Positions 17,187 to 27,982 of a DNA stretch of 64,000 nucleotides are shown piece by piece; position 1 is the first letter of the stretch; every line of letters begins with the position of its first letter. The position numbers and the translations under genes are program-made. This stretch comes from Deltaproteobacteria bacterium (lineage in GTDB: Bacteria; Bdellovibrionota; UBA1018; UBA923). The notes below the pieces were generated by a model. The model was not told the DNA's origin. It did no database searches and saw only the letters and a list, made by a program, of their open reading frames with translations. The stretch spans positions 1,766-65,765 of the forward strand of contig JACPKS010000069.1 in the NCBI GenBank assembly GCA_016186905.1. Direction: 5' to 3'.

Positions 17187-19650
17187 TTAGATGACGCGGA
17201 GCTTCACCGAAAGTTCTTTTTCCAGACCCACGAGAATGCTCTGGGTCGCGCGTTCAACCTCGACCTCTTCGAGCGTGCGGTTCGGATCACCGAGCACCAT
17301 CGAAACCGAAAGGCTCAGCGTGCCTTGCGGGATTTTTTCTCCGCGATAGAGATCAACGACCGAAACACTCTCCACAAGCGGCTTCCCAAGCTTCTGAATC
17401 GCGAGCGCCACGCGGTCGGAGGTGGTGCCTTCAGGCACAAGCAGCGAAAGATCGCGCGAAACCTTGGGAAACCTCGAAATCGGAGAATACTTTTTCTCGG
17501 CCTTCGCCATCTCCAATACACGCTCCAAATCGAGCTCGAAAACGTAGACCGGATGCCGAAGCTTGTGCTTCATCTCAAACTTCGGATGAAGCCGCCCGGC
17601 AAAACCGCATGGGCCGCGACCGAGAAGAACCGTCGCCGTCTGCGCGGGATGCAAAGGCGCATCTCGTTTTTCGGCGGCGTTTTCAGCAGGCGCGCCGAAA
17701 CGCAACCCTCGACAGCCGATCGATTCGAGCGCGGATTCAACAGTACCTTTAACATCGTAAAAATCAGCTTTGCGATCGCGCGCCGCAAGCCCCGCCACGA
17801 AGCCACGTCCCGTCATCAGGCCCGCCACGCGCCACTCCTCGCGCACGCCCGTCTCGGATTTCCCGTCCAGAAAATACACCGGCCGAATCTCGAAGAGCCG
17901 CACGTCCTCGGTCTGATGATGAACGGCGCGCAGAAGATTCTCGAAAAGACCGCTTAAGAGCGAAGTGCGCATCGTCGTGAGCTCTTCGTTCAGCGGATTC
18001 GCGATCGGCACGCCGGGCTTCTTGCTCCAGTTCGCCGCCGCCGCTTTCGAGGTGAACGCGTAGTTCACCGTCTCGCTTAAGCCCAGCTGCACGAACGCGG
18101 TTTTCAATTTCTCGAGCGCGCGAGCGCGCGCGTCGACCGCGTTCAACCGGTCGGGGATGTAATCCAGGCGCGGCACGACGGACTCGATGCGGTCGTACCC
18201 CCAGACACGCAAAACTTCCTCGTACACGTCTTCCTTGAGCTGAACGTCGGGACGGTAGCTCGGCGGCGTGACTAAGAACTCCGCATCGTCATCAGGAAAA
18301 GTCGACTCCCGAATCGGAGCTTCAGCGCGTTCAACTTTAAAACCAATTTCCTCAAGCGCTTTTTGCACCTCGTTCTTGCCTATCTTGGCGCCAAGAAAGC
18401 GATTCATGTCGGAAAGCCTGAACGTGATCCTCGACAAACCTGAACCGTCGGTCACCGTAAGTTTTTTCCCCCTCGGAGAAAACGCGCTCGCGGCCCCCTT
18501 AAACACCTTTCCGCCCGCGACTTCGGCGATCAGTGCGGCCGCCCGCCCGGAGGCCGTAGCCACCGCCCGCGCGTCGATCTGACGCTCGAAGCGGTGCGAA
18601 GAATCGGTTTTCTTCTGGTGGCGTTTTGAAGCGCGGCGGAGCGCGGCCGCATCAAACTGCGCGGTCTCCAGAAGCAGCGCCGTCGTGGCTGCGGAAACTT
18701 CCGAGTTCCCGCCCCCCATCACGCCGGCGAGCGCCACGGCTTTTTCGGCATCGGCGATCACGAGATCTTCCTCGGTCAGCGTGCGCGAGCCGCACGCGGA
18801 TCTCGCCGCCCTTCACGCGCGCGTAATCGAACGCGTGCAGCGGCGTGCCCCACTCCATCAGCACGAAGTTCGTGGCATCGACGACGTTGTTGATGGGCCT
18901 TAAGCCAACCGACTTCAGCCGTTTCTGCAGCCACTCGGGCGACGGCCCGATCTTAACACCTTCGATATAGCGGCCATGGTACTGCAGACAAAGATCGGGG
19001 GCGCTCGTCGGATTCTCCAGCCGCACCTTCACTTTCGCCGCGACGGCATCGCCCGACTCGCTTAGTTTCGCCTCGGGATATTTCACCTTTTGCCCGAGAA
19101 TCGCCGCAAGCTCGCGCGCAACACCGATGAACGACAGGGCATCGCCGCGGTTTGGCGTCACGTTGATCTCAAACATCACGTCGTCGCGCCCGACATACGG
19201 CGCAAGCGGCTCCCCGACCTGCGCATCCTGGGGAAGAATCAGAATCCCTTCGCTCTTGTCGGCGATCCCTAGCTCGACTTCCGAGCACAGCATTCCGAAC
19301 GATTCCACGCCGCGGATTTTCCCCTTCTCGATTTTCAAGCCGTTGGGCAAGAGCGCGCCGATCTGAGAGAGCGCCACCTTGTCGCCGGGTTTCATATTTT
19401 TCGCGCCACAGACGATCTGAAGATTCTCTTTTCCGGTGTTCACGCGGCAAACCGAAAGCCGGTCGGCGTCGGGATGCGGCTCACGCGACTCGATCTGGGC
19501 GACGATGACCTTTTCGAATCCCTTGGAAAGATCCTCGACGGCCTCGACCTCGAGGCCGCGCATCGTGAGCGCTTCGAGAACGCGTTTGAGATCCTTCCTC
19601 AGCGGCGCGACGTCGAGATAATCGGAGAGCCAGCTTAAACTGATTTTCAT
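17187..19650 (-). pseudogene. pheT: Phenylalanine-tRNA ligase beta subunit, reading frame broken near 18775-18795
   Basis: ORF 18652-19650 encodes the N-terminal part (MKISLSWLSDYL..., tRNA-binding and B3/4 start). ORF 17187-18761 encodes the rest (..LTEEDLVIADAEKAVALAGVMGG... to the C-terminus) in a different frame. Junction reads GGEIRVRLA / TLTEEDLVIAD. Confidence 0.85.
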
Positions 19651-19680
19651 ATATCTCCTGCGCGCCTGTCGGGGCGCGAC

Positions 19681-20724
19681 CTAGCTCCCCGCGAACTGAC
19701 GCAAGAACCGCACGTCGTTTTCAAAAAGCAGGCGCAGATCCGGTATGCCGTATTTCAGCATCGCGATGCGCTCAACACCCATCCCGAACGCAAAACCGGA
19801 GACTTTGGCCGGATCGAATCCCACCGCCCTGAAGACCTCCGGATGCACCATCCCCGCACCGAGAATTTCGAGCCACTGGCCTTCCTTTTGGCCGCCCTCG
19901 GGATTCGCCCGATTCTTGAACCAAACGTCGACTTCGGCGCCCGGCTCGACGAACGGAAAAAAGCTCGGACGCAGGCGGATTTTCGCATCGGGGCCGAACA
20001 TCTCTTTGGCGAAGAAAAGCAGGCAACCCTTGAGCTCGGCGAAGCTCACGTTCCGATCGACGTACAGGCCTTCGATCTGATGGAACATCGGCGAGTGGGT
20101 CATGTCGTAATCGCTGCGGAACACGGCGCCCGGCGAAAGAATGCGCACCGGCGGAGTTTTCTTCGCAAGCATCGTGCGGATCTGCACCGTCGAGGTCTGC
20201 GTGCGCAAAACGACGTTCTCCTTCACTTCGCGCGGAAGATAAAACGTGTCTTGCATGTCGCGCGCGGGATGATCGGGCGGGATGTTCAGCGCGTCGAAAC
20301 AGTGAAATTCAGTATCGATCTCGGGGCCTTCGGAAAGCTCGAAACCCAGCCTGCGAAAAATCGCCGTCGTCTCTGAAATCACGAGCGTGACGGGATGAAG
20401 GGATCCGGCCGGAGTTTTTCTCGCGGGAAGAGTAACGTCGATGCGCTCGCTATTGAGTTTTTCTTCTAGCGCCCGGGACTGAAACCCTTCGCGCCGCGTG
20501 CCGATCAGGGCCTCCAGTTTCGTCTTCGCCTCGTTGGCGCGCGCGCCCACTTTCGGGCGCTGCTCTGGAGGAACGTCTTTAAGCGCCTTGAGGAGCTCGC
20601 TTAAAGCCCCTTTTTTGGAAAGGTATCTGTTGTCGACCAGGGCAAGCTCGCCTTCGGTTCGGCTCCCCTCGATGGCCCTCAGGCACTGAGACTCGACTTC
20701 TGCGATGCGCTCGATGAGATCCAC
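19681..20724 (-). CDS. pheS: Phenylalanine-tRNA ligase alpha subunit
   Basis: In frame of ORF 19681-20928. GTG 20724 (VDLIERIAEVE...) avoids overlap with rplT. Class II core motifs are visible (FRSDYDMTHSPMFHQIEG, GFAFGMGVERIAM). Confidence 0.9.
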   Translation of the reverse strand: MDLIERIAEVESQCLRAIEGSRTEGELALVDNRYLSKKGALSELLKALKDVPPEQRPKVGARANEAKTKLEALIGTRREGFQSRALEEKLNSERIDVTLPARKTPAGSLHPVTLVISETTAIFRRLGFELSEGPEIDTEFHCFDALNIPPDHPARDMQDTFYLPREVKENVVLRTQTSTVQIRTMLAKKTPPVRILSPGAVFRSDYDMTHSPMFHQIEGLYVDRNVSFAELKGCLLFFAKEMFGPDAKIRLRPSFFPFVEPGAEVDVWFKNRANPEGGQKEGQWLEILGAGMVHPEVFRAVGFDPAKVSGFAFGMGVERIAMLKYGIPDLRLLFENDVRFLRQFAGS

Positions 20725-20759
20725 GGAACCCGTCGCTTCTCGGCTTGCCGGGGCGCGGC

Positions 20760-21107
20760 TTACTGAATCGCTTGCTGAACGACCGCCGAAAACGCGGACG
20801 GATCGAAAACCGCGAGGTCCGAGAGAATCTTGCGATCCAGGCGGATGTCGGCTTGCTTGAGCTTCGCGATCAGCGTGCTGTAGTTGAGTCCGTTCAAGAC
20901 CGCGGCGGCGCCGATGCGGGTGATCCAAAGCTGGCGGAAGTCGCGCTTCCGGGCGTGACGATCGCGATATGCATACCTCATCGCGCGATCGACGGCCTCG
21001 GCAGCGCGGCGAATCGTGTTTTTGCGGCGGTAGGCGAAGCCTTCCGCTCTTTTCAGGATCTTCTTGCGGCGTGCGCGGGCTTTAAAACCCCGTTTTGCTC
21101 TTGGCAT
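20760..21107 (-). CDS. rplT: 50S ribosomal protein L20
   Basis: [24 protein letters not shown]...; 115 aa. Confidence 0.97.
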   Translation of the reverse strand: MPRAKRGFKARARRKKILKRAEGFAYRRKNTIRRAAEAVDRAMRYAYRDRHARKRDFRQLWITRIGAAAVLNGLNYSTLIAKLKQADIRLDRKILSDLAVFDPSAFSAVVQQAIQ

Positions 21108-21126
21108 GTGTTTTCACTCCTTCAAT

Positions 21127-21327
21127 TTAGCTGTAAGGCAGGCACTCTTTAGCGAGGCCCGCGCTCGACGGATGGACGATCGCGCCTTTACGCTTCGCGA
21201 GCTTGCTGCCCGCGTTCTTGCGATGGCCGAGATTGTGGCGCTTTCCGGCCTTCTTGAATTTCACTTTTCCATTCGCGGTGACCTTGAAGCGTTTCGCCGC
21301 GGCGCTTTTCGTTTTCATCTTCGGCAT
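21127..21327 (-). CDS. rpmI: 50S ribosomal protein L35
   Basis: [31 protein letters not shown]; 66 aa. Confidence 0.95.
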   Translation of the reverse strand: MPKMKTKSAAAKRFKVTANGKVKFKKAGKRHNLGHRKNAGSKLAKRKGAIVHPSSAGLAKECLPYS

Positions 21328-21352
21328 AATGACCTCTTACTTCCTTCCTTGA

Positions 21353-21925
21353 TTACTTGGCTGCTACTTTATGTTGTCCGTCGTGTTTCGCCGCGGCACC
21401 ATGCGCGGGAGCGATAACCATCGTGAGCCGCTTTCCTTCAAGCTTCGGCGGCGATTCCACCGTTCCAACGTCCTTCACGAATTCCGTCAACCGCACGAGG
21501 ATCTTTCGGCCGTTGTCCACGTACGCAACTTCGCGTCCGCGAAACATCACCGTGATTTTAGCCTTGTCGCCTTCCTCCAGGAACCGGCGCACATGCTTGA
21601 ACTTGTAGTCGAGGTCATGTTCGTCGGTCTGCGGCCTCAACTGCACTTCCTTGATGTTGATGACGGTCTGTTTTTTGCGCGCGTCATGTTCCTTTTTCTT
21701 TTTTTCGTAAAGGAACTTGCCGTAATCCGAGATCCTGCAAACTGGCGGGTTGGCGGTGGGCGAAACCTCGATCAGGTCGAATCCCCTTTCCTTCGCCATC
21801 TTCACAGCATCCTGCGACATGAAAACTCCGATCATCTTGCCGGATTCGTCGATGACTCGAACCTGCGGGGCACGGATACGGTCGTTCACTCGGGTCTGGT
21901 TCTTGGAGCTAGGTATCGTGGCTAT
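21353..21925 (-). CDS. infC: Translation initiation factor IF-3, probable ATA start codon
   Basis: IF-3 sequence (IRAPQVRVIDESGKMIG...). The frame is open 12 codons upstream of the GTG reported in the ORF track. ATA at 21925-21923 follows AGGAGG with an 8-nt spacer: caggaggagtccaag-ATA-GCC-ACG. Confidence 0.85.
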   Translation of the reverse strand: MATIPSSKNQTRVNDRIRAPQVRVIDESGKMIGVFMSQDAVKMAKERGFDLIEVSPTANPPVCRISDYGKFLYEKKKKEHDARKKQTVINIKEVQLRPQTDEHDLDYKFKHVRRFLEEGDKAKITVMFRGREVAYVDNGRKILVRLTEFVKDVGTVESPPKLEGKRLTMVIAPAHGAAAKHDGQHKVAAK

Positions 21926-21980
21926 CTTGGACTCCTCCTGTTAAACGGTTTGGCAAACCTGAAAAATGTATCTGACGTTT

Positions 21981-22001
21981 CTACTGCGCGACGCGCAGTA
22001 G
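21981..22001. other. 9-bp perfect hairpin (CTACTGCGC-gac-GCGCAGTAG) between the hypothetical gene and infC
   Basis: Read directly. No adjacent U-run on either strand, so not a canonical intrinsic terminator. Confidence 0.4.
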
Positions 22002-22031
22002 TTCAATAATAATATGGTTTTTGGCCGCATC

Positions 22032-22589
22032 TTAACGCAAAGCATTAATCGAAGATCGGTCATTGAGTGGGCGAAGACAAGTCAGGTAGCTGATGGCGCG
22101 GTATTCGGCATTGGCTAAGGCCTGGATCATGGATTGTCGCACCGGAAGACTCAAACTGGCTCCCAGAACAGACCATTCCGCGAGAATTCCTCCATTTTCC
22201 ATCATCCGCAGGTACAGAAAATAATGCATCCTGGTGCCACCGGTGTACTCACGGTACGCGCCCGCGAGCCCCTCCGGGCGGAACGCGAACATGCTGATCT
22301 TGTTTTTGCCCGTGTTGGAGACGTAATCCGGCAGACCCATCTCTTGAAAAATCAGGAACTGCGGATGTTCGAGCACGCGGAAATCGTTTTTCACGGCAAA
22401 GGACTCGGAGCAGTTCCACTCTTTTCCGAGGAGGATGTCCTGGAGGGCAGGCGTGCGGCCCTGTTGAAACATCCCGCGCAGATTCGAGACGTTGGGATCC
22501 TGAGAAGGAAGGCCGGCGCGCGCGCCCGAGGAAATCACGAGCGCGAACACCAAAACCACAGCGGCCGATAAAACCATTCGTCGGATCAT
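22032..22589 (-). CDS. Hypothetical secreted protein
   Basis: In ORF 22032-22655. ATG 22589 gives the signal-like N-terminus MIRRMVLSAAVVLVFALVISSGARAG and removes the overlap with nadE. Confidence 0.5.
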   Translation of the reverse strand: MIRRMVLSAAVVLVFALVISSGARAGLPSQDPNVSNLRGMFQQGRTPALQDILLGKEWNCSESFAVKNDFRVLEHPQFLIFQEMGLPDYVSNTGKNKISMFAFRPEGLAGAYREYTGGTRMHYFLYLRMMENGGILAEWSVLGASLSLPVRQSMIQALANAEYRAISYLTCLRPLNDRSSINALR

Positions 22590-22638
22590 TGAACTAAAGA
22601 CTAGCGCCGCGCGGCCCGCGGCGCAAGAGCGCAGAACC

Positions 22639-24315
22639 TCAAAAACCCTTTGCAATCGGCATCCGGCGGCCGAGACCGAAGGCCTTGCTCGTAACCTTGA
22701 TCACGGGTGCCGCCTGGCGGCGTTTGAATTCAGACGCCCGCACGAGCTTGACGACCGTCTTCACATCGGCAGGCCTGAAGCCCTCACGGACGAGCTGATC
22801 CTCGCCCATGAGGCCCTCGATGTGCGCCTCCAATAAAGGGTCAAGCTCGGAGTACGGCCCGAGGCTTTGCTCGTCGGTCTGGCCCGGCCGAAGCTCGGCG
22901 CTCGGCGGCTTCGTCACCGTGGATTCCGGAATAACGGGCCTCACGGCATTGATGTGCCTGGCCAGCTCATAAACCCTCGTCTTGTAGACGTCGCCAAGGG
23001 GTGCGAGAGCGCCGGCCATATCGCCGTAGGTCGTGCAATACCCGACCGCGAGTTCTGACTTGTTGCCCGTCGTGAGAACGAGCGCGCCTCTCTTGTTCGC
23101 GAGCGCAAGCAGCATCACCGCTCTTAAGCGCGCCTGTATGTTTTCTTCGGTGACGTCGGGGGCCGCGCCCGCGAAGGAAGCTTTCAGCTCCATCAAGAGC
23201 GTCGAAAATACGAACTTGATGGAGTGGACGCGGTATTCGATGCCAAGAGAGCGCGCGAGCGCCTCGGCATCGGTAAGGCTGTGGGACGAGGAGTACCGGC
23301 CCGGCATCGACACACCCAGCACGTTCTCGGAACCGAGCGCCTCGACGGCGAGACAAGCGGTCACCGCCGAGTCGATTCCGCCTGACAGGCCGATCACCGC
23401 CTTGCTGAAACCCGTCTTTCCGAAATAATTACGGATGCCGGCGACCAGCCCGCGCCGCAGGAGCTCGGCCTCCGCGAGCGGCCTTGCGGCCGCGGCGCCC
23501 GCTCCCACGATCGTCGTTTCCAACTCGACGAAAAAAGTGCCTTCCTCAAACGCGGCCGCCTCGAAACGAACTTCGCCCGCTGCCGAAAAAACCTGGCTGG
23601 AGCCGTCGAAGAGGATTTCGTCGTTGGCCCCCACCTGGTTGACGTAAACCAGCGGAGCGCCGATGCGCTTCACGAAACCGCCGAGCATCTCGCGGCGGCG
23701 CGCGCGCTTGTTCAGCTCGAAGGGCGACGCCGAAATGTTGATCACGAGATCCGCCCCCTTGAGTCCCTCGGCGGGATCATTCGCGTAGAGCCGCCGGCCC
23801 AACCGCGTTTCCTCGAACCACGCGTCCTCGCAGACCGAGAATCCCAGCAGGCCGAACGGCGTGCGGAGAAGTTTCGACTCCGTTCCCGGCTCGAAGTAGC
23901 GTGACTCGTCGAACACATCGTAAGTCGGAAGCAGGCGTTTGGGCTGCACGTGGGCGATCCCGTAGCCGCCGGCGCGGTCGCGTCGCAGAACCACCGCGGA
24001 GTTCTGGATGGTGCGGCCCACGCCGCCGCCGGCGCGGGTGATCGAGCCGACAACCACGATCTGCGGCGCGTTGGCGATTCGTGAGACCCGATCGACGAGA
24101 TCGTTCAGCGCTTTCTCGTTTTTTTCGAGAAATTCAGGGCGATCGAGCAGATCGAGCGGCGGATAAGAGGAGAGACAGAGTTCCGGAAAAACCGCGATGC
24201 CGGCTTTTTTTTCAGCCGCGCGCGCAAGCGACTCGCAGGCCTTCGCGACATTGGCTTCAAACGCCCCGATGGTCGTGTCGATCTGGCAAAGCGCGATGGT
24301 GAGTGAAGCGGACAA
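22639..24315 (-). CDS. nadE: Glutamine-dependent NAD+ synthetase
   Basis: N-terminal CN-hydrolase domain plus C-terminal NAD synthetase with SGGIDS P-loop (GLSGGIDSAV). TTG 24315 lies 4 nt after the ndk stop. The longer ORF (to 24369) would overlap ndk. Confidence 0.88.
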   Translation of the reverse strand: MSASLTIALCQIDTTIGAFEANVAKACESLARAAEKKAGIAVFPELCLSSYPPLDLLDRPEFLEKNEKALNDLVDRVSRIANAPQIVVVGSITRAGGGVGRTIQNSAVVLRRDRAGGYGIAHVQPKRLLPTYDVFDESRYFEPGTESKLLRTPFGLLGFSVCEDAWFEETRLGRRLYANDPAEGLKGADLVINISASPFELNKRARRREMLGGFVKRIGAPLVYVNQVGANDEILFDGSSQVFSAAGEVRFEAAAFEEGTFFVELETTIVGAGAAAARPLAEAELLRRGLVAGIRNYFGKTGFSKAVIGLSGGIDSAVTACLAVEALGSENVLGVSMPGRYSSSHSLTDAEALARSLGIEYRVHSIKFVFSTLLMELKASFAGAAPDVTEENIQARLRAVMLLALANKRGALVLTTGNKSELAVGYCTTYGDMAGALAPLGDVYKTRVYELARHINAVRPVIPESTVTKPPSAELRPGQTDEQSLGPYSELDPLLEAHIEGLMGEDQLVREGFRPADVKTVVKLVRASEFKRRQAAPVIKVTSKAFGLGRRMPIAKGF

Positions 24316-24319
24316 CGGA

Positions 24320-24742
24320 TCAGAACCTGCCGAAGATCTCCGACTTGTCGAAGAAGTAGGCGATCTCACGCTCGGCGGATTTCAGCGAATCGGAGCCATG
24401 AACGGCGTTGGCCTCGATGCTCTCGCCGAAATCCTTGCGGATCGTGCCCGGATCGGCCTTATCCGGATCGGTCACGCCCATGACCTCGCGGCTCAAGAGC
24501 ACGGCGTTCTCGCTCTCGAGCACCATGAGCAGCACCGGGCCGCTTGTCATGAACCGCACGAGCGAGGAAAAAAACGGGCGATCCTTGTGCTCGATGTAGA
24601 AGCCCTCGGCCTTCTCCTTTGAAAGCTTGAGGAACTTCGCCGCGGCCACGCGCAGACCGCGTGCCTCGAAACGGGCAATGATCTCGCCGATAACGTTCTT
24701 ATTGATGGCGTTCGGTTTGACGATCGAAAATGTTTTTTCCAT
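24320..24742 (-). CDS. ndk: Nucleoside diphosphate kinase
   Basis: [26 protein letters not shown]...NAVHGSDS; 140 aa. Confidence 0.96.
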   Translation of the reverse strand: MEKTFSIVKPNAINKNVIGEIIARFEARGLRVAAAKFLKLSKEKAEGFYIEHKDRPFFSSLVRFMTSGPVLLMVLESENAVLLSREVMGVTDPDKADPGTIRKDFGESIEANAVHGSDSLKSAEREIAYFFDKSEIFGRF

Positions 24743-24743
24743 G

Positions 24744-25631
24744 CTAGCCCTTCCAAACTGTAGTCAAGGTTTTCGCGATGTCCGCGGGGGATCGGGATAC
24801 TTTTACACCAGCGGACTCCAATCTCTCAATCTTTTCTTGAGCGGTGCCTTTTCCGCCGCTGATGATCGCGCCCGCGTGACCCATGCGGCGTCCCTTGGGC
24901 GCTGCCTGGCCCGCTATGAAGCCCGTGACGGGCTTTTTCATCTCGCGCTTGATGAATTCGGCGGCCTCTTCCTCCGCGCTGCCCCCGATCTCGCCGATCA
25001 TGATGACGGCTTTCGTCTCGGGATCGCGGTTGAACGCGTCGAGCACCTCGATAAAATTCGTGCCGTTGATGGGATCGCCGCCGATCCCCACGCAGGTGCT
25101 CTGTCCGATGCCCAGTTGCGTCAGCTGGTAAACGGCTTCGTAGGTGAGCGTTCCGCTGCGGGAAAGCACGCCGACCTGCCCTTTTTTGTGGATCTGGCCG
25201 GGCATAATCCCGATTTTGCACTCGCCGGGCGTAATGATGCCGGGGCAATTCGGCCCGATCAGCCGCGTTTTCTTTCCGATGAGATATTTTTTCACGCGAA
25301 GCATGTCGAGAACCGGAATCCCTTCGGTGATCGCGACGGCGAGGTCGAGCTCGGCGTCGACGGCTTCGCAGATCGCGTCGGCCGCGAACGGCGGCGGAAC
25401 GAAGACCACTGAAACGTTGCAGCCGGTTTGGGATTTCGCTTCGAGCACGCTGTCGAAAACCGGAAATCCTTCGTGCGTCGTTCCGCCCTTTCCAGGCGTC
25501 ACGCCGCCGACCATCGTATCGGCGCCGAACTGAACGCCGTAGTCGCGGCAGCCCTTGGAGTGGAACGCGCCCTGGCTTCCGGTGATGCCCTGACAGATGA
25601 CCTTCGTGTTCTTGTTCACCCAGATCGACAT
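24744..25631 (-). CDS. sucD: Succinyl-CoA synthetase alpha subunit
   Basis: 295 aa. [25 protein letters not shown]... and [15 protein letters not shown]. Confidence 0.96.
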   Translation of the reverse strand: MSIWVNKNTKVICQGITGSQGAFHSKGCRDYGVQFGADTMVGGVTPGKGGTTHEGFPVFDSVLEAKSQTGCNVSVVFVPPPFAADAICEAVDAELDLAVAITEGIPVLDMLRVKKYLIGKKTRLIGPNCPGIITPGECKIGIMPGQIHKKGQVGVLSRSGTLTYEAVYQLTQLGIGQSTCVGIGGDPINGTNFIEVLDAFNRDPETKAVIMIGEIGGSAEEEAAEFIKREMKKPVTGFIAGQAAPKGRRMGHAGAIISGGKGTAQEKIERLESAGVKVSRSPADIAKTLTTVWKG

Positions 25632-25634
25632 CGT

Positions 25635-26804
25635 TTAAGCCCTCCCGCCGGCGGCCGCGACGACTTTTTTCGCCGCGTCGGTAAGATCCTCGGCCGGCGT
25701 GATCTTAAGGCCGGACTGTACGAGCAATTCCTTCCCCTTCTCCACGTTCGTGCCTTGCAGCCGCACGACAAGCGGAACACTGAGGTTGAGTTCTTTGGCA
25801 GCGGCAATGACGCCTTCGGCGATCACGTCGCACTTCATGATGCCGCCGAAAATATTCACGAGAATCGCTTTCACCTTCGGATCGCGCAGGATGATCTTGA
25901 ACGCCGCGGTCACCTTCGCTTTATCGGCGCCGCCGCCGACGTCGAGAAAGTTCGCCGGATCGCCGCCGTGGAGCTTGATGATGTCAAGCGTCGACATCGC
26001 AAGCCCCGCGCCGTTGACCATGCAGCCGATGTTTCCGTCGAGGCTGATGTAAGCGAGCTCGTAATTCGCGGCCTCGGTCTCGAGTTCGTTTTCCTCGGCC
26101 GGATCATGCATCTCGGCCACGTCTTTGTGGCGAAAGAGCGCATTGTCGTCGAAGCCGAGCTTCGCGTCGAGCGCGATCAGATCTCCGCTCGCGGTGATCA
26201 CGAGCGGGTTGATTTCGCAGAGGCTGCAGTCGAGCTCGACGAACGCCTCGTAGAGCGCTCCGAAGAACGCGACCGCAAGGCCTAGACTCTCGCGCGCGAG
26301 GCCCAAGCCCATCGCGAGTTTTCTTCCGTGGAAAGGCTGGTAGCCGATCGCGGGATCGATCTGGACCTTGATGATTTTTTCCGGCGTGTCCGCGGCGACG
26401 GTTTCGATGTCCATTCCGCCCTCGGAAGAGCCCATCAGCACGACCTGGCTTGTCGCGCGATCGATGAGCAGCGCGCAGTAGAGCTCTTTGGCGATCCGGC
26501 AGCCCTGCTCGACGAAGATTTTCTGAACCTTCTTGCCTTCGGGCCCGGTCTGGCGGGTCACGAGCTGCATTCCGAGAATTTTCGAGGCGTAGGATTTCAC
26601 TTCGTCGAGCGACTTGGCGACCTTCACGCCGCCGCCCTTGCCGCGGCCGCCTGCGTGGATCTGGGCTTTGACGACCCAGACGCTTCCTCCGAGCGCTTTG
26701 GCGTTGTTCACGGCCTCGTCGACGCTGAACGCCACTTTGCCCGCGAGCAGCGGCACGCCATACCTTCGAAGTAACTCCTTGGCCTGGTACTCATGTACGT
26801 TCAT
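25635..26804 (-). CDS. sucC: Succinyl-CoA synthetase beta subunit
   Basis: 389 aa. [18 protein letters not shown]..., ATP-grasp plus CoA-ligase domains. Confidence 0.96.
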   Translation of the reverse strand: MNVHEYQAKELLRRYGVPLLAGKVAFSVDEAVNNAKALGGSVWVVKAQIHAGGRGKGGGVKVAKSLDEVKSYASKILGMQLVTRQTGPEGKKVQKIFVEQGCRIAKELYCALLIDRATSQVVLMGSSEGGMDIETVAADTPEKIIKVQIDPAIGYQPFHGRKLAMGLGLARESLGLAVAFFGALYEAFVELDCSLCEINPLVITASGDLIALDAKLGFDDNALFRHKDVAEMHDPAEENELETEAANYELAYISLDGNIGCMVNGAGLAMSTLDIIKLHGGDPANFLDVGGGADKAKVTAAFKIILRDPKVKAILVNIFGGIMKCDVIAEGVIAAAKELNLSVPLVVRLQGTNVEKGKELLVQSGLKITPAEDLTDAAKKVVAAAGGRA

Positions 26805-26830
26805 GTCGTCTCTCCCTTTCGCGCAACCGT

Positions 26831-27024
26831 CGTCCTCGGCAAAAGCTTGCTGCTCACCTCACCTGCTGGTTCGTGTTCGCAGCAAACTTTACCTCGAACG
26901 CCGTTTGCGCGACTGGATTCCGAGCCTAAAACTTCGCCGAACTCGACCGAAGGGAGGTGAGGCGAATTTTATGGCGAGGAAGCCGGTCGCGCGAATCGAT
27001 TCGAGCAAACTTTTGCCGAGGACG
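26831..27024. repeat. MITE/REPIN-like element: 15-bp perfect terminal inverted repeat (about 22 bp with one mismatch and a 3-nt indel) bracketing about 164 bp in the mdh-sucC spacer
   Basis: CGTCCTCGGCAAAAG at 26831-26845 and its exact reverse complement CTTTTGCCGAGGACG at 27010-27024. An internal hairpin AAAGCTTGCTGC / GCAGCAAACTTT (26842-26853 and 26879-26890, one mismatch) shares the left-arm bases. Read directly. Confidence 0.7.
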
Positions 27025-27040
27025 CGTTCTGCGCCGCCGT

Positions 27041-27982
27041 TCAATACTGGATTTTCTTCATCGCCTCGACGAGCTCTTTGACGGCGGCGGCCGACTTCTC
27101 GAACATCGCCATTTCTTCCGGATTCATCTCAAGCTTCATCACCTGCTCAAGACCTTTCGCGCCGAGCTTGGCGAGCACGCCGCAGAACAAACCGTTTTGG
27201 CCGTACTCGCCCTGCAAAAGCACCGCGCAAGGAAGCACGCGCTTCTTGTCGCGAACGATGGCCTCGGCCATTTGCACCGCGCTTGCCGACGGCGCGTAGT
27301 ACGCCGACCCGGTCTTGAGCAGGTTTACGATCTCGGCTCCGCCCTGGCGCGTGCGTTGGACGATCGCGTCGATCTTGTCCTTCGAGAGAAGCTGCAGCAG
27401 CGGAACTCCCCCGACCGTCACGTAGCGGGGCATCGGCACCATCGTGTCGCCGTGGCCGCCGTAAACGAAGGCCTGCACGTCCTCGACGCTGACGTCGAGC
27501 GCCTCGGCGATGAATGAGCGAAAGCGCGCGCCGTCGAGCACGCCGGCCATGCCGAGCACGCGCTCGCGCGGAAATCCGCTCACTTCATAAGCCACGTGGC
27601 ACATGGCATCGAGCGGATTGCTCACGATGATGAGCGTGGAATCAGGAGAATATTTCACGACGTTTTGCGTGCACTCCTTGACGATCTTCGCGTTAGTGGC
27701 GAGCAGATCGTCGCGGCTCATGCCGGGCTTGCGCGGCAGGCCCGCCGTGATGATGACGACGTCGCTGTCTTTGGTGAGCGCGTAATCGCTTCCGCCCTGG
27801 ATGCGCGAGTCGAATCCCTCGACGGGGCTCGCTTCGAAAAGATCGAGCGATCTCCCCTTCGCGGCACCTTCGTTGATGTCGATGAGAACGACGTCACCGA
27901 GCTCCTTCGCCGCGGCCCAGTGCGCGCAGGTCGAGCCGACGAAGCCGGCGCCGATAACAGAAATCTTAGGTCTTTTGAGCAT
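27041..27982 (-). CDS. mdh: Malate dehydrogenase (LDH-like type)
   Basis: 313 aa. [31 protein letters not shown] and [16 protein letters not shown]. Confidence 0.95.
   Translation of the reverse strand: MLKRPKISVIGAGFVGSTCAHWAAAKELGDVVLIDINEGAAKGRSLDLFEASPVEGFDSRIQGGSDYALTKDSDVVIITAGLPRKPGMSRDDLLATNAKIVKECTQNVVKYSPDSTLIIVSNPLDAMCHVAYEVSGFPRERVLGMAGVLDGARFRSFIAEALDVSVEDVQAFVYGGHGDTMVPMPRYVTVGGVPLLQLLSKDKIDAIVQRTRQGGAEIVNLLKTGSAYYAPSASAVQMAEAIVRDKKRVLPCAVLLQGEYGQNGLFCGVLAKLGAKGLEQVMKLEMNPEEMAMFEKSAAAVKELVEAMKKIQY

Noticed and set aside
20725-20928. N-terminal extension of pheS (415-aa version) overlapping rplT.
   Set aside because: The extension is Arg/Ser-rich junk and overlaps the confident L20 gene. 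GTG 20724 gives a normal-length PheS starting VDLIERIAEVE.
21926-22031. Expected thrS upstream of infC, and a possible terminator hairpin at 21981-22001.
   Set aside because: thrS is simply not at this position; a secreted hypothetical gene is. thrS-infC linkage is common but not universal. The hairpin lacks a U-run on either strand, so I do not call it a terminator.
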